Below, one piece after another: positions 50,106 to 60,640 of a stretch of 64,000 nt of DNA (position 1 is its first letter; every line of letters starts with the position of its first letter). A model generated the notes under the pieces. The model saw only the letters and a program-made list of their open reading frames with translations. It did not search any database and had not been told where the DNA came from. Position numbers and translations under genes: made by a program. The DNA lies in contig NC_087437.1 in the NCBI RefSeq assembly GCF_036321535.1, positions 107,386,001-107,450,000 of the forward strand, given 5' to 3'. The stretch comes from Camelus dromedarius (lineage: Eukaryota).

Positions 50106-51999
50106 AGAAAATCCTATCTAATGATTGTTTCCACCAGCTTCCACTACCATCTCATGAGATCAAATATCCGTATCTTTCATACTTTATTTAAACCCAATAA
50201 TATATTGTATAATGCTACTAAACATTTTCATTCTCTTCTTAAATATTTTCTATAATAATCTAGTAGAATTTTGGAGAAATGAGTTTCCAATTGAATGTCA
50301 TTTTTTTATTGAAGTACAGTCGATTTATAGGCGTTTACTCATGTAAAATGTTCATTAGTATACATGCTACTTACAGTCTTCAAATAACTCAAAATTTTTC
50401 ATCTAATTTCTACTTGACATTCTATTAGTCATTCATTAACATCTCAGTAAGTTGTATGAACTTACTTTTTCTTAGATGACTGATTGTTCTTTGGAGTTAA
50501 GTATCAATTTGTATAGTTATTTACTTAATCTTCTATGCAGATGTAAAAATTCAATTATATAATTCCTGAAGAATAAACTGGATAAAAATGGCATTCATTA
50601 AAGAATTGTCAAAATAATGTCATAGTTTGCCGATTTACTCTTTTAAGTTTACATTTAATGCCTCCATGTCAAGTGAGATAGAAGAGAATTTACTTTCTTC
50701 TTTATGCCCCAACCAGCGCAGTAAGCCCTTAGGGATTCTAAGAGGATCTACCACGTGCTGTATAGGATGCTACTCACCTGAAGGCGGGCAGGGGGAGCAG
50801 AGTGGGGCAAGGTTCTTGAGAGGGAGGGCTTGACCTCTTACTCCACTACACCCTGGCTGTTGTTAAATTACTTTGCCCCTCTATGGCTCAGTTTCCTTGT
50901 CACCCGTTATACCGGGTTAATACCTCTTCCTTCATTGTGTCTTTACTAGAAACCAATAAAATAATATATTCATTGATTTTAAAGTAAAGATTGAACTGAG
51001 TGTTAAGAGGATTAAATGGAGATTAAGACAAGCAGATTCTGTTTGAAGTTCAGATTCTAGTGGGGAGTAGAGGAAAACAGAAAAAATAAATCAGAATTAA
51101 AAATAGCTTAGATTGAATTCACATTCTAAGGAAACAGAGTACTGTGTCAGCGACTAGCAGCAAAGACTAATTTAGAAATGTAAAATTTAGGACATATTAT
51201 AAACAACTGTATTTTAAACGATATTAAAATAATTGAGTAAAACAGGATCGTGTTACTTTGCTTTTTTAGAATACCTAGGCATTTTGCTTGTACCTTCATT
51301 CTAGATTTTTAACATTATTACTTGTATTTTTCTTACTTGTGCCCCCTCTACTATCCTTTGTTACCTCTAGGGTCTCTGGGATATAATATTCCTACCCTAA
51401 GGTCTTCCTCCTAAGAAGTAATCAGTAACTACTATTTTTGAAGAACAGAATGAAAGATTAAATGAAGAATTATTTATTCGTACTTCCAAATTTGTTGTAC
51501 ACATTTGTAGAAGCTAGAGTCAGTCAGGGATAGAGGCTGTAAGGACTCATGTATTTATGGGAGGATGTTTGCTCCAGTTCTGCAAGAAGGAGTTTTACAG
51601 GGCATCAGGATATGTGTAGCAAGCACAGATGAAGGAAATAGGTGACATGGGGTCAAAATTCACGTACATCAGCTGGGCTCTGTAACTAGGCAGGTGGCAT
51701 CAAAAAGATGTTGCCTAAGAAAGAACTGGTGGGAGTTTCTAGGTCTTTTTTCTGCCCTCCTTCCATTTTCCCATCTGTCCTTCGTTCCTTCCTTCCTTCT
51801 TCCCTTCCATCCTTCCCTCCTTTTTCTATGTTGTGTTGTTTGTAAATTGCCATGAATTGTATTTCTCTGTTTTCCCTGAGCTAAAGGTATACTATTTAAA
51901 GAAAAAAAAAATAGCAATGTCTCAGAAGAACATAGGGAATTGGACCTCTTCCCAAAGAGAATTTTGTTTTCTTATTCCATATTTAAAACATTCTTTCAA

Positions 52000-52972
52000 C
52001 CTGAGTAGACATTTTTCCAAAAAATATATATACAAAACGCCACAGGTACATGAAAAGATGTTCAACATTACTAATATCAGGGAAATGCAAATTAAAATGA
52101 AAATAAGATATCATCTCTCTCCTGTTAGGATGACCATCACCAAAAAGACAGATAAAAGAGAGATAACAAATGCTGGTGTGGATGTGGAGAAAAGGGAACA
52201 CTCCTTCTCTGTTGGTGGGATTTTAAGTTAGTTACAGGCATTATGGAAAATACTATGGAAGTGCCTCAAAAATTAAAACTAGGACCACCACATGATGCAG
52301 CAACTCCACTTCTGGGAATATATGCAAAACAAAGCAGTGACTCAAAGAGATACTTTCCATCACCATATTCAGAGCAGCATTATTTATAATAGTCAAGACA
52401 TGACTATTTATAATAGTCAAGATGGATGAATGCATAAAGAAGTTATGATACATATGTATAAATATATAAAGGAATATTATACAGACATAAAAGAAAGAAA
52501 TCCTACCACTTGTGACAACATGGTTGGAACCTGAAGACGTTATGCTAAGTGAAATAAGTCAGACAGAGAAAGACAAATACTGTACAATCTCAATTACATG
52601 TGGAATCTAACAAAAAGTTAAAAAAAAAAACTCATAGAAAAAGATATTCGACTGTGGTTACCAGAGGTGGAGAGTGAGTAAAGGAGAGTTGGAGGAAGGT
52701 GGCTCAAAGGCACAAACTCCTGTTTATAAGATAAATAGGTACCAAGGATGTAATGTACAACATCATGACTGCAGTTAGAAAAGTTGAGAGGGTAAATTCT
52801 AAAAATTCTCATCACAAGAATTTTCTTCCCTTCTTTTCTTTTTATTGTTTCTATATGAGAAGATGAATGTTAGCTGACCTATTGTAATTATTTCACAATA
52901 TATGTAAATCAAACTCTCATGATGTATGCCTTAAATTTATACAGTTAATTATTCCTCAGTAAAACTGGAAAA
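52000..52972 (+). mobile_element. L1 3' fragment (ORF2 C-terminus plus 3'UTR)
   Basis: 'IREMQIKMKIRYHLSPVRMTITKK...NAGVDVEKREHSFSVGG', then the 3'UTR 'atgctaagtgaaataagtcagacagagaaagacaaatactg'. Confidence 0.9.
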
Positions 52973-53084
52973 GCAATTCTTCGATCCATAACCTGAAAAT
53001 AACTGAGTTCCTCTGGTCATTGGTATAGTTATTGCATTTCCGCTCTCTTTGGGTTGCACTATATTAAAAATAACTTTGTTTGTA

Positions 53085-53890
53085 CTTATGTGTTCAGTGA
53101 TTCATTTTCTAAATACACATGAGCCTGAACTTCATATATATCAGGCTTTTGCACAAAGCTCTGGGAAAAGGTTTGTGCATGCAACCATTCATGTCCCTAA
53201 AAAGTTTGATGGGTATAGTTTGGACAAATCCTTAGAGAGGTATCTCTAATAAAGGTTTGGAGTAGCCATTATGGGATCTCAGAAGAGGAAGTGGCGAAGT
53301 CTATACTGAGGTGTGGGTTAGAAAGTGTTGAGGAGAAGTGGCTGAACTGAGTCCTGAAAATTGAAAGTTTTTACCAGATGGATGAACATTGAGGGGGATC
53401 AATTAGGGAGGAAGAAAAGCATAAAAAATAGAGGCATGATGGAGGATGATGTTTCAGGAACCAGAGTGTAGGGTATTAGATGGGACAGTGGTGCTTATTG
53501 AAGCCCACCCAAGCAGGCAGAGAATAGATCCAAAACGGTCCTGGAAGTGATGCTAAAGGATTTGAAATTTACATTGTATGCATCATATGCTTTGGATAGA
53601 CACTGGGGATTGTAATTAAAGGAAGAAAAATGGGTTCCAGAATGAGTTCCATGTGATGTGTGAAGATAAATATAGAGCATGGTCAGAAAGAAGGCAGAAA
53701 CACATACATAATGACTATTTTCTTAATCTAAAGAAAATTAAGATAGTGGCAGTGAGAATGGAGAGTAGGGGCTGGATCTGAGCTGTATTAAGAATATAGA
53801 ATCAGTAGGTTGGATTGGTTGGGCAACAGGGATTAAGGAACTGGTGAGGAATAGAAGGAAGTCAAGGATGACTCCTGAATTCCTGATTTA
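53085..53890 (-). mobile_element. L2 remnant
   Basis: 'tgctaaaggatttgaaatttacatt', 'gatagtggcagtgagaatggagag', 'ggaagtcaaggatgactcctga' are antisense L2 motifs. Confidence 0.6.
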
Positions 53891-55204
53891 TAAAAACAGA
53901 TATAACTGAAAATATATAAAATATAAAGATTCATTTGGTTTATGTCATTTTATTGGAGAATTTTTGCTTTTTTAAGCCACTCTTTATACCAAGATATTCA
54001 ATTCATTGACTGAAAATCTAAATCAGAAGAAATACATAAAATTCCAAAAATATTCACATTAAAATTATTGGTCTCTTGACTATAACAATATCCTATTATA
54101 TTTATTTTTATGTCTTAAGCTAGAGTCATTATTTATCTAAATTCCAATTTTTTTAACTTTATATTATTATTATGATAAATACTAGAAACCTTAACTTTGG
54201 GTTGAGTGGGTAGAAATTACCCTCAAATATAAACTCCATGAGTTTGAGGACTATAGTCCAACCTTAAGCACAGGGCTTCACATAGAGTAAACACTCAAAT
54301 CTTGTTGATTGAATGAATGAACAAATGAATGAAGGAAAGGATTATACAATAATAAACTCATTGTTTCAGAATGCCAATCAGTTGTTCAGTCTGTTGGGAA
54401 TTATTTAGCAGTGAAATTTCTTTATGATAATATAATAGCAGAAACATTTTGGTTCAATTTGATTTTCCAGCTACCAATTGCCTGCTCTCTAAATGCAATC
54501 TAAATTGTGTCTGTAACTTGGTATTCTTTATTCATCAAATATAAATAATGTTTTCAGAAGTTGTTTGGATGTGACCCAATGGGTAAGCATTCAAAATTAC
54601 TTTAGATAGGATTCATTTTAAGAAATGTGTACTTTAAACTTAGATAGCACATTTCCTCCTTTATTTTGTCCTGTCACCCCATGGGCTGTTGCCTGGCGGG
54701 ATCCCAAAGCAATTCCAAATTCTAACGTGCAGAGTTTATGTGAAATTTACCTAGGACAAAGGCTGCTTGTATTTTTTTTTCAATGATCACTTTCTTTTAT
54801 GGCCTGGCACATAAAAGATGGAGACTTTTCTCCCTCTATTCCTGAATAATGGATTTTAAAAACATATTAAACATCTCCAATATAACATAAACCTAGGGAG
54901 TATGTGGTGGAATATCTTAGAAAAGCCCAGCCAATAATTACAAAGAATTAATCAGCTCACACTTTTGTTTTATTAGCCTACCCCACTCCCATGAGATACA
55001 GCAGTAGTAAAATTAATTCATCCAACATTCTTTAATACTTGCCAGATAAGAAGGGCTCCTTGCCCCCACCTCAGTGACAGGTTGATAGTTGAATTTTGGA
55101 AATGTTTGTCCAGATTCAAGAGCTCGGGTTCAGTGTAATTTATTTACTTGGGAGAGTTTTGGCAGGAAGTGCTCTATCCTTACCTGGTAGAAGGAGAGAG
55201 GGTG

Positions 55205-55215
55205 GGGGACTTTCC
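55205..55215 (+). promoter_or_regulatory. Exact Ig-kappa-type NF-kB site GGGGACTTTCC (function unproven)
   Basis: Exact 11-mer in apparently non-repeat sequence, next to the ETS motif CAGGAAGTG (55163-55171). Confidence 0.4.
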
Positions 55216-56077
55216 TTCATTCTAAATTGTGCTTAATTCAGTCTGCAGGAAAGTGACTACAGAGCATAAGTAAGAAGGATTATATACAGAACCTACAACC
55301 TGGGATTAAGATTAGCTTCATCCCAGCACCTAAGGTGGAATTCCATTATCTTTGTGTATCTTAAGGATATATTTTTTCAACTTTTCAACTACTTCCTGGG
55401 GACCCTCCACTTATATTTGAACTTTTTTTTTTTTTTTTTTTGAAAGCCAGATACAGGATAACAACTCCAGCTTTGGCTACTTTTTTGATGCTGTGATGTT
55501 TACATTTATACTTCAGACCCATACAGCTCTAATTATATAACTTCTCTGCATCACATCGAAGAAGCTCTCTAAGCATGGAGGGGGGAAAGACCTACCCGCA
55601 TTCCTCCTGCACGGGAATATATTGTGCTCTTAGGAGGCCCTTGATTTCCAATTTAGGAACATTTCCACACCCACTTGGCATTTCTGACAAAAGCAGCCAC
55701 AGATGGTTCTTTCTGCCCCCTGCTTCATATTGTCTGCCTTGACCACATCTAATTGTACCATGCCATTCTACTACCATGACCAGACTGGCAGTGAGGCAGC
55801 CATTTACAGACTGACCAGTGCACGCCACAGCCTTGTGCTGAAGCCAGTCCAGAGGAGACCATCCATAAATAAAGCGCGTCAATTAGCCTGCATGAAATAC
55901 TAGATCTACAGAAAATCTGGATGTTTAAGGTCAAGATGTCCATGTAAGTCATGACTGGATGCTCTTGTGCAAATGCTTAATAGGATGGATAGAAGCCAAA
56001 TTTAAAAAAAAACTAAGTATTTATTTTTTAAAGATTTAAATATCTATGAACATCAGAATGCTTCAAGATCATAGTGA

Positions 56078-56825
56078 TTAAACAAAATGACAAAGAAACC
56101 TACAGAATGGGAGGAAATATTTGCAAATGATGTGACAAGGGCTTACCTTCTAGAATATACAAACCGTTTATATAACTCAATGGCCGAAAAAAACCAAAAC
56201 AAAACAAAAAAAAAAAAAACAAGCAACCCAATAAAAAAATTGACAGAAGACCTAAACAAGCATTTCTTCAATGAAGACACACAGATGGCCAATGGGCACA
56301 TAAAAAGATGCTCAACACCACTAATTATCAGATAAATGCAAATTAAAACTACAAAGAGTTATCACCTTACACTGGTTAGAATGACCATTATTAAAAAGTC
56401 TATAAACAATAAATGCTGAAGAGGGTGTGGAAAAAAGGGAACCCTCCTGCACTGCTGGTAGGAATGTAGTTTGGTGCAGCCATTATGGAAAACAGTATGG
56501 AGATTTCTCCAAAATCTAAAACTAGAGTTACCATATGATCCAGCAATCCCACTCCTGGGCATATGTCCAGAGAAAACTCTAATTGGAAAAGATACATGCA
56601 CCCCAATGTTCATAGCAGCACTATATACAATAGCCAAGACATGAAAGCAACCTAAATGCCCATTGACAGATGATTGGATAAAGAAGTTGTGGTATATAGA
56701 TACAATGGAATGCTACTCAGCCATAGAAAAGAATAAAATGCATTTGCAGCAACATGGATGGACCTGGAGTTTGTCATACCCCAGAAACTAATAAAACATT
56801 CTATTCTTCAATGATAAAAAAAAAT
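56078..56825 (+). mobile_element. L1 ORF2 C-terminal fragment with a 3'UTR deletion
   Basis: ORF 56087 '[12 protein letters not shown]...[30 protein letters not shown]'. Also 'gagttaccatatgatccagcaatcccactcctgggcata' and 'gcagcaacatggatggacctggag'. Confidence 0.92.
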
Positions 56826-56934
56826 CACCCTGATAATAGAAAAATGCTAAAATGTGAAAAACAACCATAAAAAGAACAATGACAACAAAACTCATAAGTA
56901 TCTTTGGAGACCAAAAATGGGAGAGAAGGATATT

Positions 56935-57290
56935 CAGAAGAGACCTGAATCTGCAGACTTACTGGGATCTGGGTAGAGAAACAAGCAGAGCTAGTAAAAC
57001 ACTGACATTATCTTTCTGACTTGTCCTTCATTTTGGCTTCACATTTACTTGGTAACAGGATGGCTACAGTAGTTCCTGGGGTCACATCTCATATTTACAT
57101 TGGATGAAATTTAAAGGAAGAAGAGGATCATCTCTTTCTTAGGCCTCCTTCTAAGAGAAAGAACATCTTTCTTAGAGCTCTCCAAGTGGACTTCCCCATA
57201 GATCCTGAATTATGTCACATTTCCATTTCTAACCAGATCGTTATCAAGGAAGAAGGAATAATCATCACCAGAATAGAACATTCATCTGGT
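56935..57290 (-). mobile_element. Old MaLR (MLT1K/L-like) LTR fragment
   Basis: 'aggatggctacagtagttcctggggtcacatctc...aagagaaagaacatctttcttagagctc...gacttccc...gtcacatttccatttctaaccagatc'. Confidence 0.5.
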
Positions 57291-59089
57291 GTGACACGGA
57301 TGTTTTGGAGGACTCCACCAAAAATACCGACCACAATCCATCCCTTCTTATACATTCTGTCAAAAATGCTGATATAAAAATAAAGCCAACCTTTTCTCAA
57401 ATACAAACAACTCAAAGTATCATCCACGTTCAAATTCAGTATTTTGGGTGATGTGTAATCCCCATAAAGCCCCTGCTTAATTTTCCATGTTCTATATCAA
57501 GAGCCCTTAGGCCAAATCTGACCTGCTGCCAGTTTTTGTGTGGCTCTTGTGTCTCCCTCCCATTAAATCTAAAAACACCCAGCATAATTTCAAACTGTTC
57601 ATCTTATTTGTCCTTTTAACAAAACTTGTTCTGGTGGCTTCTCTAACTCTCTATCTGTGTCTGAGAGAACTGAAGAGAAGGAAGGTGTGGCTGTTTTTCA
57701 GGGATCAGCACTTCATCTCTGAGAAGAAGTCAAGATTATAGGCAAGATCCTTAGGAGAAGTTAAGGCGTATGTTAATGCCTAAATAATGCCTATTTGTTT
57801 ATTCATGTCTGAATCTCAGTTTCCTCCTGGGAAAAGTGGAGATTACAATACGTCTCAGGTTTATGCGTTTGTTTTATTTTGTTTTGTTTTTTTCCTTCTA
57901 GTGACTGAAGGTGAAATATACCTGTTTTCCTTTCATTATCTCCCATGGGAAGCTTGGTATTCATTCACATCCCAACATGATGTGTTGTAATATAGTCTAA
58001 CAGTTTACTGGTTTGAGAAGAAAATTTTTTCCCCTCTGATTTCAGTATATCCTTATTCAGAAAATGAGTTTGTGTAAAACTTTTTCTTTTAAACTTAAAA
58101 ATGACATTTCTCACTAATTGCTCTACTTCTAATCACTGCTGAAACAAGTTTGATCTTCCAGTGTTAATAATTCCATTTTTCTGTTGCTTCTAAGTATCTG
58201 AGGAGATATGCAACCTTAGATTACTAATCCCTTTTTTCCCAGTCATATCACTTTGGAATATTGTAAAAGGATGGCCCATGTAAGCTTTTTCAGAGATGTT
58301 ATTTATTTTAAATCTTGAATAAACTTTTACTGATATCTGTGGTGTGGTTTTAAGCCATCTCTATGAATAATTAACTCAGTTGCCACAAGGGAGCATATTT
58401 TTATAGTCAGAAAACAAAATGAAACACATCTGCTGTATACATAAAACTACTACTAATAAAAGAAAACAGCTTTTTAAAGGTTTACTCTGAGAAATACAGG
58501 AAATACAATGGAGTTAAATCAAGTGCCATGGACTACTTTAAAAATGTAGTCATGGTAGAGCTGTTCATTTAGTGCTTTTCAAATACAACTTCATCCAATT
58601 TATTTTCTATTTTATATCATTATAATGATCTCATTTTCAATCTTGTAATACAGAGCTTATTATACACATTGTCTGAATTTTACAACTTATACAAGAGAAG
58701 AAGCTGTCATGGAACTAGAAAACCTGAGAGAGATGTGAATTCCAATCCAGGAAGTTTCCTATAAATTGAATGTGATTAGATACTTTCAAATAAGTAGGAG
58801 GTTCACACATTTATAAATTTAAAGGAAGAAGTGTCTGTCTTATTTACTTTTCTTATTTATTACGTAGCAATCATGATGATAATTTTCTCCTTTGAAAAAT
58901 TAATATTGTTAATTATATTTTAAAACCCATCTGTTAGATAACATTTTTACTTTTCTGAAATTACTGTTACTTGATCTTTAAAAAAATTTCTTGTTAGATT
59001 TCATTGCTGATAATCTACCTAGGATGATTTTTACACTGCAACCCAAATGTAAAATTGCCTTTCTTTTAAAGCACTTTTATATCAATAAG

Positions 59090-59575
59090 GGTACTAAACT
59101 GGGGTTCCCAGAAGCCAACCAGGAGATACATATTTATATGCACATGTTCCCAGGAGAATGCAGTAAGGAACCAGGGAAGAAGAAATTGAGCAAAGGTAAG
59201 TTGTTTTTTTTTCTTGTTGTTGTGTTTTTTGTTGTTGTTGTGTTTTTTTGTTGTTCATTTGTTTGTTTTTTGTCAAAGTCCCAGCTTTAGTCCAATCCTA
59301 CTAGGGGCTCCCAGTGTAAATGACACAGCATTGTTTGCCCCTCTTAAGGAGGGATCCTGATTTCTTCCAGGACCAATCAGTTACTGGCTATAGGGCTGCC
59401 CAGAGGGAACTCAGGGAAGGTAAATTTCCAGGCACCTCTGGCCCTAAGAGATCCTCCACCCCAGGAAAAGCCCTCTAAGGAATGTCACAGGAGCCAGTTA
59501 TTAGAGGCAAAGCACACAGCACACCGAGTGGTACAAGTATCCCAGGGGACCTAGGTGGAATACCTAGGTGGAATA
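59090..59575 (-). mobile_element. Old ERVL LTR (LTR16/33/50-like)
   Basis: 'gggttcccagaagccaaccaggagata...cccagctttagtccaatcctactaggggctcc...ccaatcagttactggctatagggctgccc'. Confidence 0.5.
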
Positions 59576-60479
59576 TTCAATTCAGGGATAAATCCTGAAA
59601 GGGAAGCTATGTTGTGTATTTTCAGATTGGCCAGTCTAGAGCATGCTTCTTAAAACACAAGAAATATATTTGGTCCAGGGCAAATAAATTTGATCATTGA
59701 CTAGCCTGAGTCAACTTTCTGAAGTTAACCACCAAGATTAAATGTATTTTCTCTGCATTTAGCAAAACTGTTATTTCCCCCACCTGCAGATTTTATGTTA
59801 ATAGAATTGTTTGAGGAAATTCCAAACATGAAAGAGATGCTAAACTATATAAAGTTATCTGTTTCACATGTGAAAATGACATTTTGAGAGGTAATTTAAA
59901 AATAATATGGATTAGCTCAGATTTTTTTTTTTAATGTGTCCGTTATTAGCTCAGATATTTTGGCACAGATGCAACACGGAATTTCTGTGATGTCTTATAG
60001 AAGAAACTAAACTTATTTAGGCACAGGCATTTTAAGGTCTCTAAAATTAGGAGGAGGAAGACATTTTTTAAAAACTATGCAACTGTGATCAAATGTTGAT
60101 GTGTAATAAATAAACATAATTTCCATGCTTGGATCATGACAATCACTCAATAAAGATTGTTACTAATCCTCCCATGTGCCAGAAATGCAGAATATGCTTG
60201 TCATGATCTCTGCTAATATTTTATCTTAGCATATTTTTACTGGAGGATTTACCAAAAAATGGACATACTCTTTCATTTGGAAAATTAATTTTTTTCTATC
60301 CATTATAATATCCAAGTATTGATAAGTAGGGTGTAAAATTATGAAGGGAAAGAGAGAAAAGAAAAAATGTGTTAAGAGGAAAAAAAGGAAGAAGTATAAC
60401 AAAGATGGAAGTTTATAGAGTGGTCACCAGTTATACGGAGGAGAGGGAACCAACTGCTTTACCTACACCATCCTGTATC

Positions 60480-60640
60480 CTCTCCCCAACACCTTTGTGA
60501 GACAGGTATAATTAATACCTTTTTTTAGAGTTGAGAAAAATATGGCTAAGGACGTTTCAATAACTTGCCCAAGAACTGAAGATGATGGTTGATGGAGACA
60601 GAATGCAAACCCAACTATGCCCAACAGAGAACCAGGACCT
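60480..60640 (-). mobile_element. MIR SINE
   Basis: 'caacacctttgtgagacaggtataattaatacc...gagaaaaa...taacttgcccaag...agaatgcaaaccca'. Confidence 0.55.

Noticed and set aside
50784..50800. CTCF-like sequence GCGGGCAGGGGGAGCAG (similar near 28135)
   Set aside because: It lacks the 5' CC(A) part of the core motif and is too weak to call by eye.
51833..52231. Longest ORF (132 aa) as a gene
   Set aside because: Its C-terminal half is an L1 ORF2 remnant and its N-terminal half is low-complexity flank.
59550..59576. Short tandem duplications (cctaggtggaata twice; also near 61889-61930, 31575-31600 and 7757-7776)
   Set aside because: Ordinary two-copy slippage duplications, not arrays.
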